Counted from the stretch's first letter, positions 35,830 through 46,327 are shown. The stretch: DNA of 64,000 nucleotides from Bacteriovorax stolpii (GCA_945860415.1 CAMAQA010000005.1:507-64506); one strand, 5' to 3'. Made by a program: numbers and translations. Notes: generated by a model from the sequence alone, not told the origin.

Positions 35830-37902
35830 CTATGCCAACCTCACTGTTCCGAAGGCTCTCACAGGCACGTTCGGGCTGATCTCATTGTGCGAAAGAACGA
35901 CGATGTTCGGGATGAATCGATCCACCAGCTGCTTCACCTGGGCGCGGATGAGGGGTGAACACAGCACCACGGCCTGGCTGGTTTCGGCCACGACGGCCTG
36001 TGCCTGCTCGTTGAGCTGGGCGACGAAACGTCGGACAAAGTCGGGATCCGCCGACAGCTGTGGTCCCTGGTCCGTCTGGATGATGCTTCCAGCGAAGGTC
36101 TCCTCGATCTGCCGGTCGAGCGTCAGCAGCGTGAGCTGGCCGTCCTGGCCGACGAGCTTCTTCGTGATCGATCGTCCGAGCGCGGCTCGGACGTGTTCGG
36201 TGAGGATGCCCGGATCCTTGGTGATCGGAGCATTGTCGGCAAGGGTCTCGAGGATGGTCCGGAAATCTCGGATCGAGACTCCTTCCTTCAAGAGGCTCCT
36301 TGCCACCTTGAGCACCGATCCGATCGGCAGGAGATTGGGAATGAGATCCTCGACGACCTTGGGAGCGGTCTGTTTGAACGAGTCGAGGAGGGTTTGGAGT
36401 TCCTGGCGTCCGAGCAGCTCGGACGAGTTGAGGCGGATGACCTCGGTGAGGTGCGTTGCGATGACGGTCGAGAGATCGACGACCGTGTATCCGGCCATCG
36501 TCGCCTCTTCCTTCATGCGCTGCGGAATCCAGATCGCATCCAGACCAAATGCCGGCTCCTTTGTCGGAACACCCGCGATCGGATTGAACACGTTTCCTGG
36601 ATCCATCGCGAGGAGGTGTCCCACCATGAGCGAACCCTGCGCGATCTGGACGCCCTTGAGCAGCACCTGGTAATCGCCAGGCTTGAGCTCGAGGTTGTCG
36701 CGAATCCGCAGCGGCGGGACGATGATGCCCATGTCGAGCGCGAACTGCTTGCGAATGTTGGTGATGCGCTCCAGCAGGTCGCCATTCTGCGACGCATCCA
36801 CGATGCTGATCAGCCCATAGCCCACTTCGAGTTCCAGCAGGTCCACGGGCAGCAGGCTCTCGAGCTTCTCGGCGGCCGGCTTCAGCTTCTCGGCTTCTTC
36901 CTTCTTCATCTTGTCGGACTCTTGGCGCACACGCTTCACCGTGAGCTGGCGCGCGAACGAACCCAGGACTCCGGCCATCAGGAAGAACGGAATGGCGGGC
37001 ATGCCAGGGACGATTCCCATGAAGCCCAGGACGCCGGCGGCAACTCCCAGCGCCTTCGGATGCATGAGCAGCTGTCTCGAAAACTCCTGCCCGATGTTCG
37101 TGCCCGACGTGGTGCGGGTGACGACCATGCCGGCTGCAGTCGAGATGATCAGCGCAGGAATCTGTCCTACGAGACCATCACCGATGGTCAGGAGAGTGAA
37201 GACTTCGGCTGCCTGGCCGATGGGCATTCCACGCTGGAGCGTTCCGACGAGGATTCCACCGACGATGTTCACGATGACGATGAGGATGCCTGCAATGGCA
37301 TCGCCGCGGACGAACTTCGAGGCACCGTCCATGGCTCCGTAAAAATCCGCCTCCTGCGAGATCTCGGTACGGCGACGCTTGGCCTCCTGCTCGTTGATGA
37401 CGCCGGCATTCAGGTCGGCGTCGATTGCCATCTGCTTTCCGGGCATGGCATCCAACGTGAATCGCGCGGCCACTTCCGCCACGCGACCGGCGCCCTTCGT
37501 GATGACGATGAAGTTGATGATCACGAGGATGATGAAGATCACGATACCGACGGCGTAGTTTCCGCCGACGACGAAGTTTCCGAAGCTCTCGATCACATGC
37601 CCTGCGGCGGCGGTTCCCTTCTCAGGACCGTTCAGCAGGATCACGCGCGTCGTCGCGACGTTCAGCGACAGCCGAAACAGCGTGGTGAGCAGGAGCACCG
37701 AAGGAAAGATGCTGAAATCGAGTGCGCGAACCGTATAGATCGCGGTGAGCAGCAGCACGACGGATCCGCCGATGGCGAGCACCAGGCAGAGGTCGATCAG
37801 GAAGATCGGCATCGGAATGACCATCACGGCCAGGATGCCAACGAGCCCGATCGCCAGCGCGAGATCCGAATTTTTTGTCAGACGGTTGAGGATTCCTTCC
37901 AT
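35830..37902 (-). CDS. flhA: Flagellar export gate FlhA
   Basis: RVAEVAARFTLDAMPGKQMAIDADL; FYGAMDGASKFVRGD. Confidence 0.97.
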   Translation of the reverse strand: MEGILNRLTKNSDLALAIGLVGILAVMVIPMPIFLIDLCLVLAIGGSVVLLLTAIYTVRALDFSIFPSVLLLTTLFRLSLNVATTRVILLNGPEKGTAAAGHVIESFGNFVVGGNYAVGIVIFIILVIINFIVITKGAGRVAEVAARFTLDAMPGKQMAIDADLNAGVINEQEAKRRRTEISQEADFYGAMDGASKFVRGDAIAGILIVIVNIVGGILVGTLQRGMPIGQAAEVFTLLTIGDGLVGQIPALIISTAAGMVVTRTTSGTNIGQEFSRQLLMHPKALGVAAGVLGFMGIVPGMPAIPFFLMAGVLGSFARQLTVKRVRQESDKMKKEEAEKLKPAAEKLESLLPVDLLELEVGYGLISIVDASQNGDLLERITNIRKQFALDMGIIVPPLRIRDNLELKPGDYQVLLKGVQIAQGSLMVGHLLAMDPGNVFNPIAGVPTKEPAFGLDAIWIPQRMKEEATMAGYTVVDLSTVIATHLTEVIRLNSSELLGRQELQTLLDSFKQTAPKVVEDLIPNLLPIGSVLKVARSLLKEGVSIRDFRTILETLADNAPITKDPGILTEHVRAALGRSITKKLVGQDGQLTLLTLDRQIEETFAGSIIQTDQGPQLSADPDFVRRFVAQLNEQAQAVVAETSQAVVLCSPLIRAQVKQLVDRFIPNIVVLSHNEISPNVPVRAFGTVRLA

Positions 37903-37934
37903 GGAACCAGTTCTCCCCCTGTTTCAAGTATGCA

Positions 37935-39020
37935 TCAGAATCTGTGGTTTTTAAGACGATAAACGTACGCCAAAACTTCGGCGACAGCCTGGTAGAGCGA
38001 TCGTGGAACGGCCTGCCCCACCTTGACGTTCTTGTAGAGGGCTCGCGCGAGGGGCACGTTCTCGACCAGTGGAATTCCGGACTCGGCCGCCACTTTTTTG
38101 ATCCTTTGCGCCAGAAAATCGGCGCCCTTGGCCACTACCCTCGGTGCTGACATCTTGTCCTTCTCGTAGACCAGCGCGACGGCAAAGTGGGTGGGGTTCG
38201 TGACGATGACGTCGGCCTTGCGCACGGCCTGCATCATGCGCTTCCTTGCCATCTCGCGCTGGATGCTCCGGATGCGGGCCTTGATCATCGGATCCCCGTC
38301 CCGCTCCTTCGACTCCTGCTTGGCTTCCTGCTTCGTCAGGCGCAGACCCTTGGTGAACTCGCGCTTCTGCATGAAGAAGTCGATCGCCGCGAAGATCAGC
38401 AGGCTGACCGTCAGGCTGAGGAGGATTCGCCAAGCCGTGCTGCCGAGAATGGAGAGCTCGGTTCCCGGATCGAGGAGAAAGTGCGAGGAGGCATCGAGTA
38501 CCTGCGACTTCACCAGGAAGTACGCGAGCGTGATGACCACCGCCACCTTGGCTGAAAGTCGCAGGGCCTCGACGGCCATCTTGGCGCTGAACAGTCGCTG
38601 GAATCCCTGGATCGGATTGATCTTCGAGAGGTCCGGTGAAAGCGGCTCGAAGGTGAAGATGGGGCCTACCTGCGAGAAGCTGGTGATCGCTGAAACCACG
38701 AATCCAGTGATCGCCACGGGTAGACCGACTGCAGCCAGCACTTTCAGGGCCCTCATCAGGGTGGACGATAGGACGTGGGTGCCCGTGAGGTCGATCCGAG
38801 AGGTCAGGTCGGTGCGAAAGACCTCGCGCATGAGTTCTGCCAGGCTCTGGACCATCGACGGGCCCATCGCATAGATCACTGTTGCCGCTGCCAGGAAGGC
38901 CACCAATCCGGTCAGCTCGCGGCTCTGGGAGACCTGGCCCTTCTTTTTCGCCTCTTCCAGGCGATACTGGGATATCTCTTCGCCCAGGTCTTCTGATGAC
39001 CGGTCTTCATTGTCAGCCAT
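37935..39020 (-). CDS. flhB: Flagellar export switch FlhB
   Basis: NPTH autocleavage motif, DGDP. Confidence 0.96.
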   Translation of the reverse strand: MADNEDRSSEDLGEEISQYRLEEAKKKGQVSQSRELTGLVAFLAAATVIYAMGPSMVQSLAELMREVFRTDLTSRIDLTGTHVLSSTLMRALKVLAAVGLPVAITGFVVSAITSFSQVGPIFTFEPLSPDLSKINPIQGFQRLFSAKMAVEALRLSAKVAVVITLAYFLVKSQVLDASSHFLLDPGTELSILGSTAWRILLSLTVSLLIFAAIDFFMQKREFTKGLRLTKQEAKQESKERDGDPMIKARIRSIQREMARKRMMQAVRKADVIVTNPTHFAVALVYEKDKMSAPRVVAKGADFLAQRIKKVAAESGIPLVENVPLARALYKNVKVGQAVPRSLYQAVAEVLAYVYRLKNHRF

Positions 39021-39819
39021 TGCCGACGACCCTCGCGATTTCGATCATCCAATCGCCCATCTTCGACAGGATCTGCGCCATGGCGCCGGAGAAGTCGCTG
39101 ATCGTGACCAGCATGACGATGAGTCCGACGATCGCCGTCACGGCAAATGACAAAACCAGGATATTGACCTGGGGCATGGCTCGCGCAACGACTCCGAACG
39201 CGACGTTAACTGCAAAAATGGCCACGCCCACGGGAGCGGCAAGCTGCAGGCCGTAGCGGATCACGCTTCCGGTCAGCTCGAGCATCCGATCACCAAATGC
39301 CCCCGAGATGCTCACCTGCCCCAGCGATACCCAGCGATAGCTTTCGAGCGCCGCCCGGAGCATCAGGTGGTGCCCGTCGAGCGCCAGGAAGACCAGCATC
39401 GCGAGCGCCAGGTAGAACTCGGCAACCACCTGGCTCTGCGACTCATGGTGCGGATCGAACATCGTTGCGGATGAAAATCCCATGAACGTGCCGATCAGGT
39501 TCGAACCAAACGCAATGCCATCGAAGACCAGCTTTGCGGTGTAGCCCATCAGCACCCCGAAGAGCGCCTCCAATCCAACCACCTGCGCGATTCCGGTTGC
39601 AGTCTGTGACCACACGGCAGCCTGCGCAGGAACGACAAGCCCGCTGCTGACCAGCGCCGGAAAGAGCACGAGCGTGACTGCGACTGAAAACAGCACCTTC
39701 ACGGGCATCGGAATCGTCTTGTCTCCGAGGAACGGCAGGACGGAGACGAGCACGCTGTAGCGGACCAGCACCGCAAAGAACGTCATCATCTCGTTCTGGT
39801 CGAAGTCGAAAGGGGTCAC
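39013..39819 (-). CDS. fliR: Flagellar export FliR
   Basis: LDGHHLML, RAMPQVNI; GTG start overlapping the fliQ stop. Confidence 0.93.
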   Translation of the reverse strand: MTPFDFDQNEMMTFFAVLVRYSVLVSVLPFLGDKTIPMPVKVLFSVAVTLVLFPALVSSGLVVPAQAAVWSQTATGIAQVVGLEALFGVLMGYTAKLVFDGIAFGSNLIGTFMGFSSATMFDPHHESQSQVVAEFYLALAMLVFLALDGHHLMLRAALESYRWVSLGQVSISGAFGDRMLELTGSVIRYGLQLAAPVGVAIFAVNVAFGVVARAMPQVNILVLSFAVTAIVGLIVMLVTISDFSGAMAQILSKMGDWMIEIARVVGNG

Positions 39820-40085
39820 CTGGACCACTCCTGGACGTTGCCCAGGATGTCGGCCGTGTACTGCTTGAGGATCTCGAGCATCCACGGTGCCATCACCATC
39901 AGCACCACGATGATCGCGATGATCTTCGGAATGAAGGTCAGGGTTGCTTCATTGATCTGCGTGATCGCCTGGATCACGCTCACCACGATACCGATCGCCA
40001 TGGCGGCCAGCAGGAGCGGGCCTGCGATGTAGATCATCACCTTCACCGCTTCAGCACCCAGGCTCATCACCATGTCTTCGGTCAT
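39816..40085 (-). CDS. fliQ: Flagellar export FliQ
   Basis: QAITQINEATLTFIPK. Confidence 0.96.
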   Translation of the reverse strand: MTEDMVMSLGAEAVKVMIYIAGPLLLAAMAIGIVVSVIQAITQINEATLTFIPKIIAIIVVLMVMAPWMLEILKQYTADILGNVQEWSR

Positions 40086-40097
40086 CGTGAACCTCCG

Positions 40098-40913
40098 TTA
40101 TCCGAAACTCTTGACGAGGCTGCCCACCACGAGCTGCCAGCCGTCCACCAGCACGAACAGCAGCAGCTTGAAAGGAAGCGAGATGATCGCCGGCGGAAGC
40201 ATCATCATCCCCATGGCCATCAGGACGCTGGCCACGATCATGTCGAGCACCAGGAAGGGCAGGTAGAGCATGAAGCCGATCTGGAAGGCCGTCTTGAGCT
40301 CGCTCGTCACGAAGGAGGGAATCAGCACGTAGGTCGGCACGTCGGCGCGATTCGCGGGCTTCGGCTCCTTGGAGAGTGACAGGAAGAGCTCGAGGTCCTT
40401 TTCGCGCGTCTGGGCGAACATGAATTCGCGAAGGGGCGCCTCGGCATTCTCGAAGGCGGTCTTCTGGTCAATCTTCTCAGCCATGAAGGGTTCGACCGAG
40501 TTGGCCGAAATCTGCTTGAACGTCGGAGCCATCACGAAGAATGACAGGAAGAGCGAGAGTCCCACGATGAGCTGGTTGGGCGGCATCTGCTGGGTTCCGA
40601 GCGCCTGGCGGAGGAAGCTCAGCACGACCACGATGCGGGTGAACGAGGTCATCATGATCAGGATCGCCGGTGCCAGAGAAAGCACCGTGAGCATCATGAT
40701 GATGCGGATGACCGAGACGATGTCCTGCGGCTTCTGGCCCTGCGTATTGCCGAACGAGAGGCTCAATGATGGCAGGGTCACTCCTGAGGAGCCGGGCACA
40801 TACGATCCCGCCCTGCCGCCGCCCTCGGCGTGTGCAACAGTCGCCGTTGGCGTGATGGCCAGGCATCCCAGCACGAGGCATCCGCTGGCGACCAGGCGAC
40901 GAAACGCGGTCAT
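40098..40913 (-). CDS. fliP: Flagellar export FliP
   Basis: TSFTRI, QQMPPNQ, MGMMMLPP, LVDGW. Confidence 0.97.
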   Translation of the reverse strand: MTAFRRLVASGCLVLGCLAITPTATVAHAEGGGRAGSYVPGSSGVTLPSLSLSFGNTQGQKPQDIVSVIRIIMMLTVLSLAPAILIMMTSFTRIVVVLSFLRQALGTQQMPPNQLIVGLSLFLSFFVMAPTFKQISANSVEPFMAEKIDQKTAFENAEAPLREFMFAQTREKDLELFLSLSKEPKPANRADVPTYVLIPSFVTSELKTAFQIGFMLYLPFLVLDMIVASVLMAMGMMMLPPAIISLPFKLLLFVLVDGWQLVVGSLVKSFG

Positions 40914-42079
40914 AGCTGCTTCATCCCCTCGAGGCGGCTGCGGATCCGATCACGCGTTCCGGCTGCAGCCGTGGGGCGCGGAGCCTGGTAGCTGGCCGGC
41001 CCGGCAGCCGTGGCACCAAGCCCCGCAACTGGGGTACGGCCCGAATCCTGCGCGATCTGCTCGCCCAGGGCACTCAAGAAGTCTTCATCTCCGCCGGAGA
41101 CCGCTCCAGCCGAAGCACTCCCGGCAGTGAAGGCCGCCGATGCGCCGTTCAGTTCAGTGATCAGGTTGATCGAGTCATCGGCGACTCCGAGCACCAGCGT
41201 GCGCCCCGCAACCTTCACCATGTGGATGCTCTTCTTGGGGCCTAGATGGTGAGTAGCGACGACCTCGATCATCTTCTCGGTACGTCCGAGGCTCTTCCGC
41301 ACCCAGCGGCCTACAGCGCCCTGCCGATTGCGCGAGTTCGCAAGCTTCCTGAGACCGAGCAGTGCCGCGCCAAGAAGCAGGACGACGCCCAGAAGGCTGA
41401 CCATCATCCGAAGCGGTGAAAAGGACTCCTTGCGTCCCGTGAGCTGTTCACCCTTGGATTCGCGGCGCTTTGCCGATTTCTGCAGAACATTGCCTGTCGA
41501 TGATCCTTCGGCCGCAGCCACCTTCTCGGCAGGAGGTTCGGCTGCCTTCGCCACAGGCGCCTTCAGCACCTTGTCGAGAAGCGCACGTTCCTCGGCATCG
41601 ACATTCAAAGACGGGGCCGGAGCGGCCTCTTTTTTTGCCTGCGCGGCGCTGGAAACCACCTTGTCGGCGGCAGCCCCACCATCCAGGCGGATGGTCAGCA
41701 TCTTGCCGGAGGGCTTGACCTGAACCTTGCCCTGGAAGGCCTCGGCCTTTCCCTTGACGGTCAGTCGCACGCGAACGAGGCGGGGTGCGTACTGATAGAT
41801 GAAGATCTTGCTCAGGTCCTTGCCTGAGACCGATGAAATCTTTGCTGGATAAACGGATGCGTCCGAGACGCTGAGCTGGACGATGTCGTTCAGGAACTCG
41901 GTCCGAATCTGCGAAGGGTCCAGTTTTCCATCCAGCAGGATGTCCACCCGGTCATTCTCGGATACCTGGACCTGCTTGATGTTGATGAGCGACTTGTCCG
42001 CGGCGATCGATGTCGACGGAAGCATCGCCGCCATGGCAATGAAAAGACGAAGCTGAAAAGACCCTGTGTTCGAGAACAT
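40910..42079 (-). CDS. fliO: FliO with large N-terminal periplasmic (AMIN-like) extension
   Basis: TM helix followed by HHLGPKKSIHMVKVAG..LVLGV; lies between fliN and fliP. Confidence 0.8.
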   Translation of the reverse strand: MFSNTGSFQLRLFIAMAAMLPSTSIAADKSLINIKQVQVSENDRVDILLDGKLDPSQIRTEFLNDIVQLSVSDASVYPAKISSVSGKDLSKIFIYQYAPRLVRVRLTVKGKAEAFQGKVQVKPSGKMLTIRLDGGAAADKVVSSAAQAKKEAAPAPSLNVDAEERALLDKVLKAPVAKAAEPPAEKVAAAEGSSTGNVLQKSAKRRESKGEQLTGRKESFSPLRMMVSLLGVVLLLGAALLGLRKLANSRNRQGAVGRWVRKSLGRTEKMIEVVATHHLGPKKSIHMVKVAGRTLVLGVADDSINLITELNGASAAFTAGSASAGAVSGGDEDFLSALGEQIAQDSGRTPVAGLGATAAGPASYQAPRPTAAAGTRDRIRSRLEGMKQL

Positions 42080-42155
42080 CCTGTTCTCCTTCCTTGTCTC
42101 CCGGCCAGCCGGGCAATCCGATCGGCATCCTGCCGATCTCTCGCTTACCCTACTC

Positions 42156-42521
42156 TCAGCGCAGCTGCTCGATGCGCTCAACCGGAGAAATGATGTCGGT
42201 CAGGCGGATTCCAAACTTCTCGTTCACGACCACCACCTCGCCACGGGCAATGAGCCGATCGTTGACCAGGACCTCGAGAGGTTCGCCGGCAAACTTCGAA
42301 AGCTCCACGACCGAACCCTGCGAAAGCTGGAGGATGTCGCGGATCGGCAGGCGGGTGCGTCCCAGCTCGACGCTGACCTTCAGCGGAATGTCGAGAATGA
42401 AGTCCAGTGACTGGACCGTGGACTGCGACCTTGCAGCGGCCGCTGCCTGCACTCCGTCGCCTAACGGTGCCGACTGCCCCGGGCTTGCGCCTGCTTCCAT
42501 CGATGCTGCCTGCTCACTCAT
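42156..42521 (-). CDS. fliN: C-ring FliN
   Basis: LDIPLKVSVELG, GEVVVVNEKFGIR. Confidence 0.96.
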   Translation of the reverse strand: MSEQAASMEAGASPGQSAPLGDGVQAAAAARSQSTVQSLDFILDIPLKVSVELGRTRLPIRDILQLSQGSVVELSKFAGEPLEVLVNDRLIARGEVVVVNEKFGIRLTDIISPVERIEQLR

Positions 42522-42530
42522 GTCTTCACC

Positions 42531-43547
42531 TCACGCGTTTCCTAGAACCTTGGTGACCTGTACGGCGCGATTTCCACGCGAAACGCCGAACAGGCACTTG
42601 TATTTTTCGACCCCTTCAACCGTCATGACGAGCTCGCCGTCCGCATCCTGCGAGAGCGGAATGACATCGCCGATGTTCAGGTTTACCAGGTCGCCCACAC
42701 TGATCTCGGCGGCCCCCAGACGCACCACCACCTCGGCCGTGGACTGGCCAAGATGGGTCTGGAGCTTTCCGACCCATTCATGGTCCGTCTCTCCGGACTC
42801 GGTCTGGTAGTACGAGTTGAGCTTTCCTTTGATCGGTTCGATCGTCGAATACGGCATGACGATCGCGATCGTGCCGCTGGCATTCTCGAGCTCCACCTCG
42901 AAAGTCGTTGAGATGATCACGTCCGATGGAGGCACGATGCCGACGAACTGGGGATTCGTCTCCGTCCGGATATAACTGATGTCGGGCTTGTGGACCGGCG
43001 CCCAGGCATCCTCGAGGTCCTTCACGGCCATGCTGATGACCTTCTGCAGGATCGACAGTTCGATCTTCGTGAACTCCTTGCCTTCGATCTTCGTGAACGG
43101 TCGGTCGGTGCCGCCGAAGAAGCTGTCCACCAGTGCGTAGGCCAGCTTCGCCTCCACGACGAAAATCGCCGGTCCTCGAAGGGTCTCGAAGCGAAGAATC
43201 GACATGCAGCTCGGAATGGGAAGCGTGTTCACGAACTCACCAAACTTCAGGATGTCCGTGGAAATGATGCTGATCGTGGCGATCTTGCGAAGCGAGTTCG
43301 ACAGCGACATCCGGAAGAGCCGCACAAAGCGCTCGTAGATGATGTCGAGCGTGGGCATGCGGCCGCGGATCACGCGGTCCTGGTTCGTCAGGTCGTAGGG
43401 AACGATCTCGGAGGGCTGGGTAGACACTGCACCCAAAGCCGGTGTCGATGCAGCATCGACGGATGCCGCTCCGGAGGGCTCGGCGCCGCCTGCTGCAACC
43501 GCGCTCAGCAGGGCATCTACTTCGGCTTGTGAAAGCACCTGGTTCAT
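42531..43547 (-). CDS. fliM: C-ring FliM
   Basis: LSQAEVDALL CheY-binding motif, ETNPQF. Confidence 0.96.
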   Translation of the reverse strand: MNQVLSQAEVDALLSAVAAGGAEPSGAASVDAASTPALGAVSTQPSEIVPYDLTNQDRVIRGRMPTLDIIYERFVRLFRMSLSNSLRKIATISIISTDILKFGEFVNTLPIPSCMSILRFETLRGPAIFVVEAKLAYALVDSFFGGTDRPFTKIEGKEFTKIELSILQKVISMAVKDLEDAWAPVHKPDISYIRTETNPQFVGIVPPSDVIISTTFEVELENASGTIAIVMPYSTIEPIKGKLNSYYQTESGETDHEWVGKLQTHLGQSTAEVVVRLGAAEISVGDLVNLNIGDVIPLSQDADGELVMTVEGVEKYKCLFGVSRGNRAVQVTKVLGNA

Positions 43548-43600
43548 CGATTCGCCGTCCTAGCTCTTTCGCTCAAGCTTCGCGGAATGAGGCTTGCGCC

Positions 43601-44239
43601 TCAGCCGCTCAGCGCAAAGTTGGTGAAGAAGACTCCCTTCACCTTTCCTGAAACCATGAATCCGTTGAGGGCGCTGCGGATCTCTTCCTTGAGATATTGA
43701 CGCCCTTCCTCGCTCACCACGTCCGAAGGACGCTTGCTGTTGAAAAGGTCGATGATGGCGTTCCGAACCTGCGGCATTCGCTGGGTGAGCTCGGTTTCGA
43801 CTTCATCACCCGGAACTTCGAGCGAAATATTCACTCGCACGTACTTCGGAGTGGTGCTTCCGGGTGTCGTCAGGTTCACGGTAAACTGCTCGAGGGTCAC
43901 CATCTTGCCAAAGCCGGCAAGCTTCTTCGCTCCGTGCCCGCCAGCCGGCGCGCCGTGACCGCCTGCTGCAGGCGCAGGCGCACCATGGCCTCCAGCTGCA
44001 GCTGCGGGCGCGCCATGGCCACCACCGCCTCCACCACCGTGATCGCCTTCCTCGGCGACGATGTCCTCAATGCGCTGGGTCTTCTTTTCCTTTTGAAGTG
44101 AAGTAAACAGGAGGCCAATCACGGCCACGCTGACCACCGTGTTCACGATGGTCAGGATCATGGTGAGCTTGTTGCCGCCTGCGCCGCCGGAGGCGGACTC
44201 CGGCGCAGCTGCTGCGGGTTCTTTCTTGTCTTCGGACAT
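43601..44239 (-). CDS. fliL: FliL with GGHGA-repeat linker
   Basis: TM helix, FTVNL, QVRNAII, VFFTNF. Confidence 0.9.
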   Translation of the reverse strand: MSEDKKEPAAAAPESASGGAGGNKLTMILTIVNTVVSVAVIGLLFTSLQKEKKTQRIEDIVAEEGDHGGGGGGGHGAPAAAAGGHGAPAPAAGGHGAPAGGHGAKKLAGFGKMVTLEQFTVNLTTPGSTTPKYVRVNISLEVPGDEVETELTQRMPQVRNAIIDLFNSKRPSDVVSEEGRQYLKEEIRSALNGFMVSGKVKGVFFTNFALSG

Positions 44240-44326
44240 CTGGCGCTCACCCTCCCTCGACCTCAAGTATGGCCGTGCGAAGAGGGGGCTGCAAGTCGGC
44301 AGAAATTTCCGCGGAAAAATACGACG

Positions 44327-44370
44327 AAAAGCGCCGGCCGGACGCCATCACTTTGACAGCATCCGGCCGG
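44327..44370 (-). terminator. Long-stem terminator after flgE
   Basis: Minus strand CCGGCCGGATGCTGTCA-aag-TGATGGCGTCCGGCCGG then gcTTTT. Confidence 0.65.
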
Positions 44371-44399
44371 AACGTTCAGGCTACGTCAAGCCCCTGACA

Positions 44400-45683
44400 T
44401 TATGAGCGCTTCAGGTTCAGCACTTCCTGCATCAGGTCATCGGCAACGCGGATCACGCGGCTGTTGGCCTGGAAGTTATGCTGGGCCGACATCAGGTTGA
44501 TGAATTCGTTGGCGATGTCGGTCGTCGAGCTTTCGAGCGACTTCGAGCTGACCTTGCCACGACCCCCGAGCTCCGGAGCACCGACGGTCGGGACACCCGA
44601 GTTGCGGCTTTCGCGGTACAGGTTCTGACCCATCTTGAAGAGGCCTTCCGGATTTTCGAACTTCGCCAGGGCCACCTGGGAGAGCGCGATCGTCTGGCCG
44701 TTCGAGTAGACGCCGGTCAGCGTGCCATCGTCGTTGAAGGTCATTCCCGAGAGCGTGCCTGTCGAAAATCCGTCCTGGACCGTCTTGTAGGCCTCGGAAG
44801 AAGTTCCATACTGGGTGCACTGGGTTCCGTCTCCTCCCTTCACCTTGGTCTTCCCAAAGTTGAACTCAATCTCCTGGTCCTTCAAGGCACCCTTGTTGAA
44901 GCTGAACCTGTTCTTGTCGGTCACCACTTCGTTCAGGCGTCCATCCACGTCGAACAGCAGCTTGCCGCTGGCCTGTTCCACCATCGTTCCAGGCTTTCCA
45001 TCAAGAAGGTCCTCTCCCTTGGCCATGACCCTCCACGTCCACTCGCCATCGCCCGTCTTGTTGAAGAACATGCTGACCGTGCGCGGAGTTCCGGCAGAGT
45101 CATAGACGGTGACGCCGGTGGCGAACTGCGAGGTAGCCTCCGGCTTGAGCGGATTGAAGTCGACGTTCTTGTCCGCTCGAAGGTCGAGGTTCACGAACAT
45201 GTCAACCTTATTGGTCGGACGCGCATCGATGACCGTGCGATCCACGGTGATGTCGGTGAGCTTCGAAGTGATCCGCCCCGTCTCATCGGCCTTGAAGCCC
45301 TGGACATGGTAGCCATCGGTGTTGACGAGCTTTCCTTCGCGGTCGAAATGGAAATTACCGGCGCGCGTGAAGGTCTGTCCTTCGCGGCCCATCAGCACGA
45401 ACATGCCATCACCGGAAACTGCAAGGTCGGTGGGAGAGTCCGAAGAAACAATTGCACCTTGTGCCATCAGCGGCGTGACTGCAGAAAGGCGGGTTCCACG
45501 ACCGACCTGGTTTCCACCCAGCGGGTTCTTCAGTGACGCGGCAACAAGATCCTGGAACTCCGGGCGGCTCGTCTTGAATCCGGAAGTATTGGCGTTGGCG
45601 ATATTATCACCGTAGATCGAAAGCGCTTCGCCTGATCCACGCATGCCCGAGATACCGGTGTACATCGATGAAAGAATACCCAT
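44400..45683 (-). CDS. flgE: Flagellar hook protein FlgE
   Basis: GDNIANANTSGFK, FTRAGNF, LESSTTDIANE, QHNFQANS. Confidence 0.95.
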   Translation of the reverse strand: MGILSSMYTGISGMRGSGEALSIYGDNIANANTSGFKTSRPEFQDLVAASLKNPLGGNQVGRGTRLSAVTPLMAQGAIVSSDSPTDLAVSGDGMFVLMGREGQTFTRAGNFHFDREGKLVNTDGYHVQGFKADETGRITSKLTDITVDRTVIDARPTNKVDMFVNLDLRADKNVDFNPLKPEATSQFATGVTVYDSAGTPRTVSMFFNKTGDGEWTWRVMAKGEDLLDGKPGTMVEQASGKLLFDVDGRLNEVVTDKNRFSFNKGALKDQEIEFNFGKTKVKGGDGTQCTQYGTSSEAYKTVQDGFSTGTLSGMTFNDDGTLTGVYSNGQTIALSQVALAKFENPEGLFKMGQNLYRESRNSGVPTVGAPELGGRGKVSSKSLESSTTDIANEFINLMSAQHNFQANSRVIRVADDLMQEVLNLKRS

Positions 45684-45822
45684 AGGGACGCCTCCTGCGT
45701 CGTTCGTGGTGAGGAACCGATCCTTCCGTCATGGATGGGGCAGGCACTTCTGTCCTGCCCAGGATCGGCTAGGCTTCCCAAATGGGTCCAGCCTATGACT
45801 GCTCGCTTCAGTTGCACTTCAT

Positions 45823-46263
45823 TCAGATCACTACTGCGCCATCAATATTCGTGAATACGTTTCCCTGGAGCTGCGACCGATCCATCGCCGTGATCACGGT
45901 GCGACTGCTCGCACTGACGATCAGGGCTGCGTTCGGAGTCAGCACCAGCGTATCCTCCAGGCCCTTGGCTGCCGCCTTGTCGATGGCCTCGTTGACCTTC
46001 GCCATCGTGGCCGGATCGAGCTGGATCTTCCGCTCCGCAAGCCGCTGGCTGGCGTGAGTGGAAAACTTCAGCGGGTTTCGGACCTGTGAAAGGTCCGGAG
46101 ATCCGGTCGGCGCATCCTGATCCAGCACCTTCTTCAAGGCGCTGTCGAATTCACCGGGCGCTCCCCGCTCGCTCCGTTTCGCAGGTTCGGAAGAACCTAC
46201 TCCGGACTGGCCGGGGATGCTCGTGACATTCGGATACAGAAACTGGCTGTTTTGAATGCCCAT
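45823..46263 (-). CDS. Flagellar operon protein (TIGR02530-type)
   Basis: LKFSTHASQRL...VITAMD...VFTNIDGAV. Confidence 0.9.
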   Translation of the reverse strand: MGIQNSQFLYPNVTSIPGQSGVGSSEPAKRSERGAPGEFDSALKKVLDQDAPTGSPDLSQVRNPLKFSTHASQRLAERKIQLDPATMAKVNEAIDKAAAKGLEDTLVLTPNAALIVSASSRTVITAMDRSQLQGNVFTNIDGAVVI

Positions 46264-46327
46264 ACTTTTTCACCTCCTCTCTTTTGAAATCGTAACCAGA
46301 ATTTTCAACCGAAAAAATCGGTAAAAT

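Noticed and set aside
45684-45822. c-di-GMP riboswitch before flgE
   Set aside because: GEMM consensus features (GNRA tetraloop/receptor, GCAAA junction) not recognised
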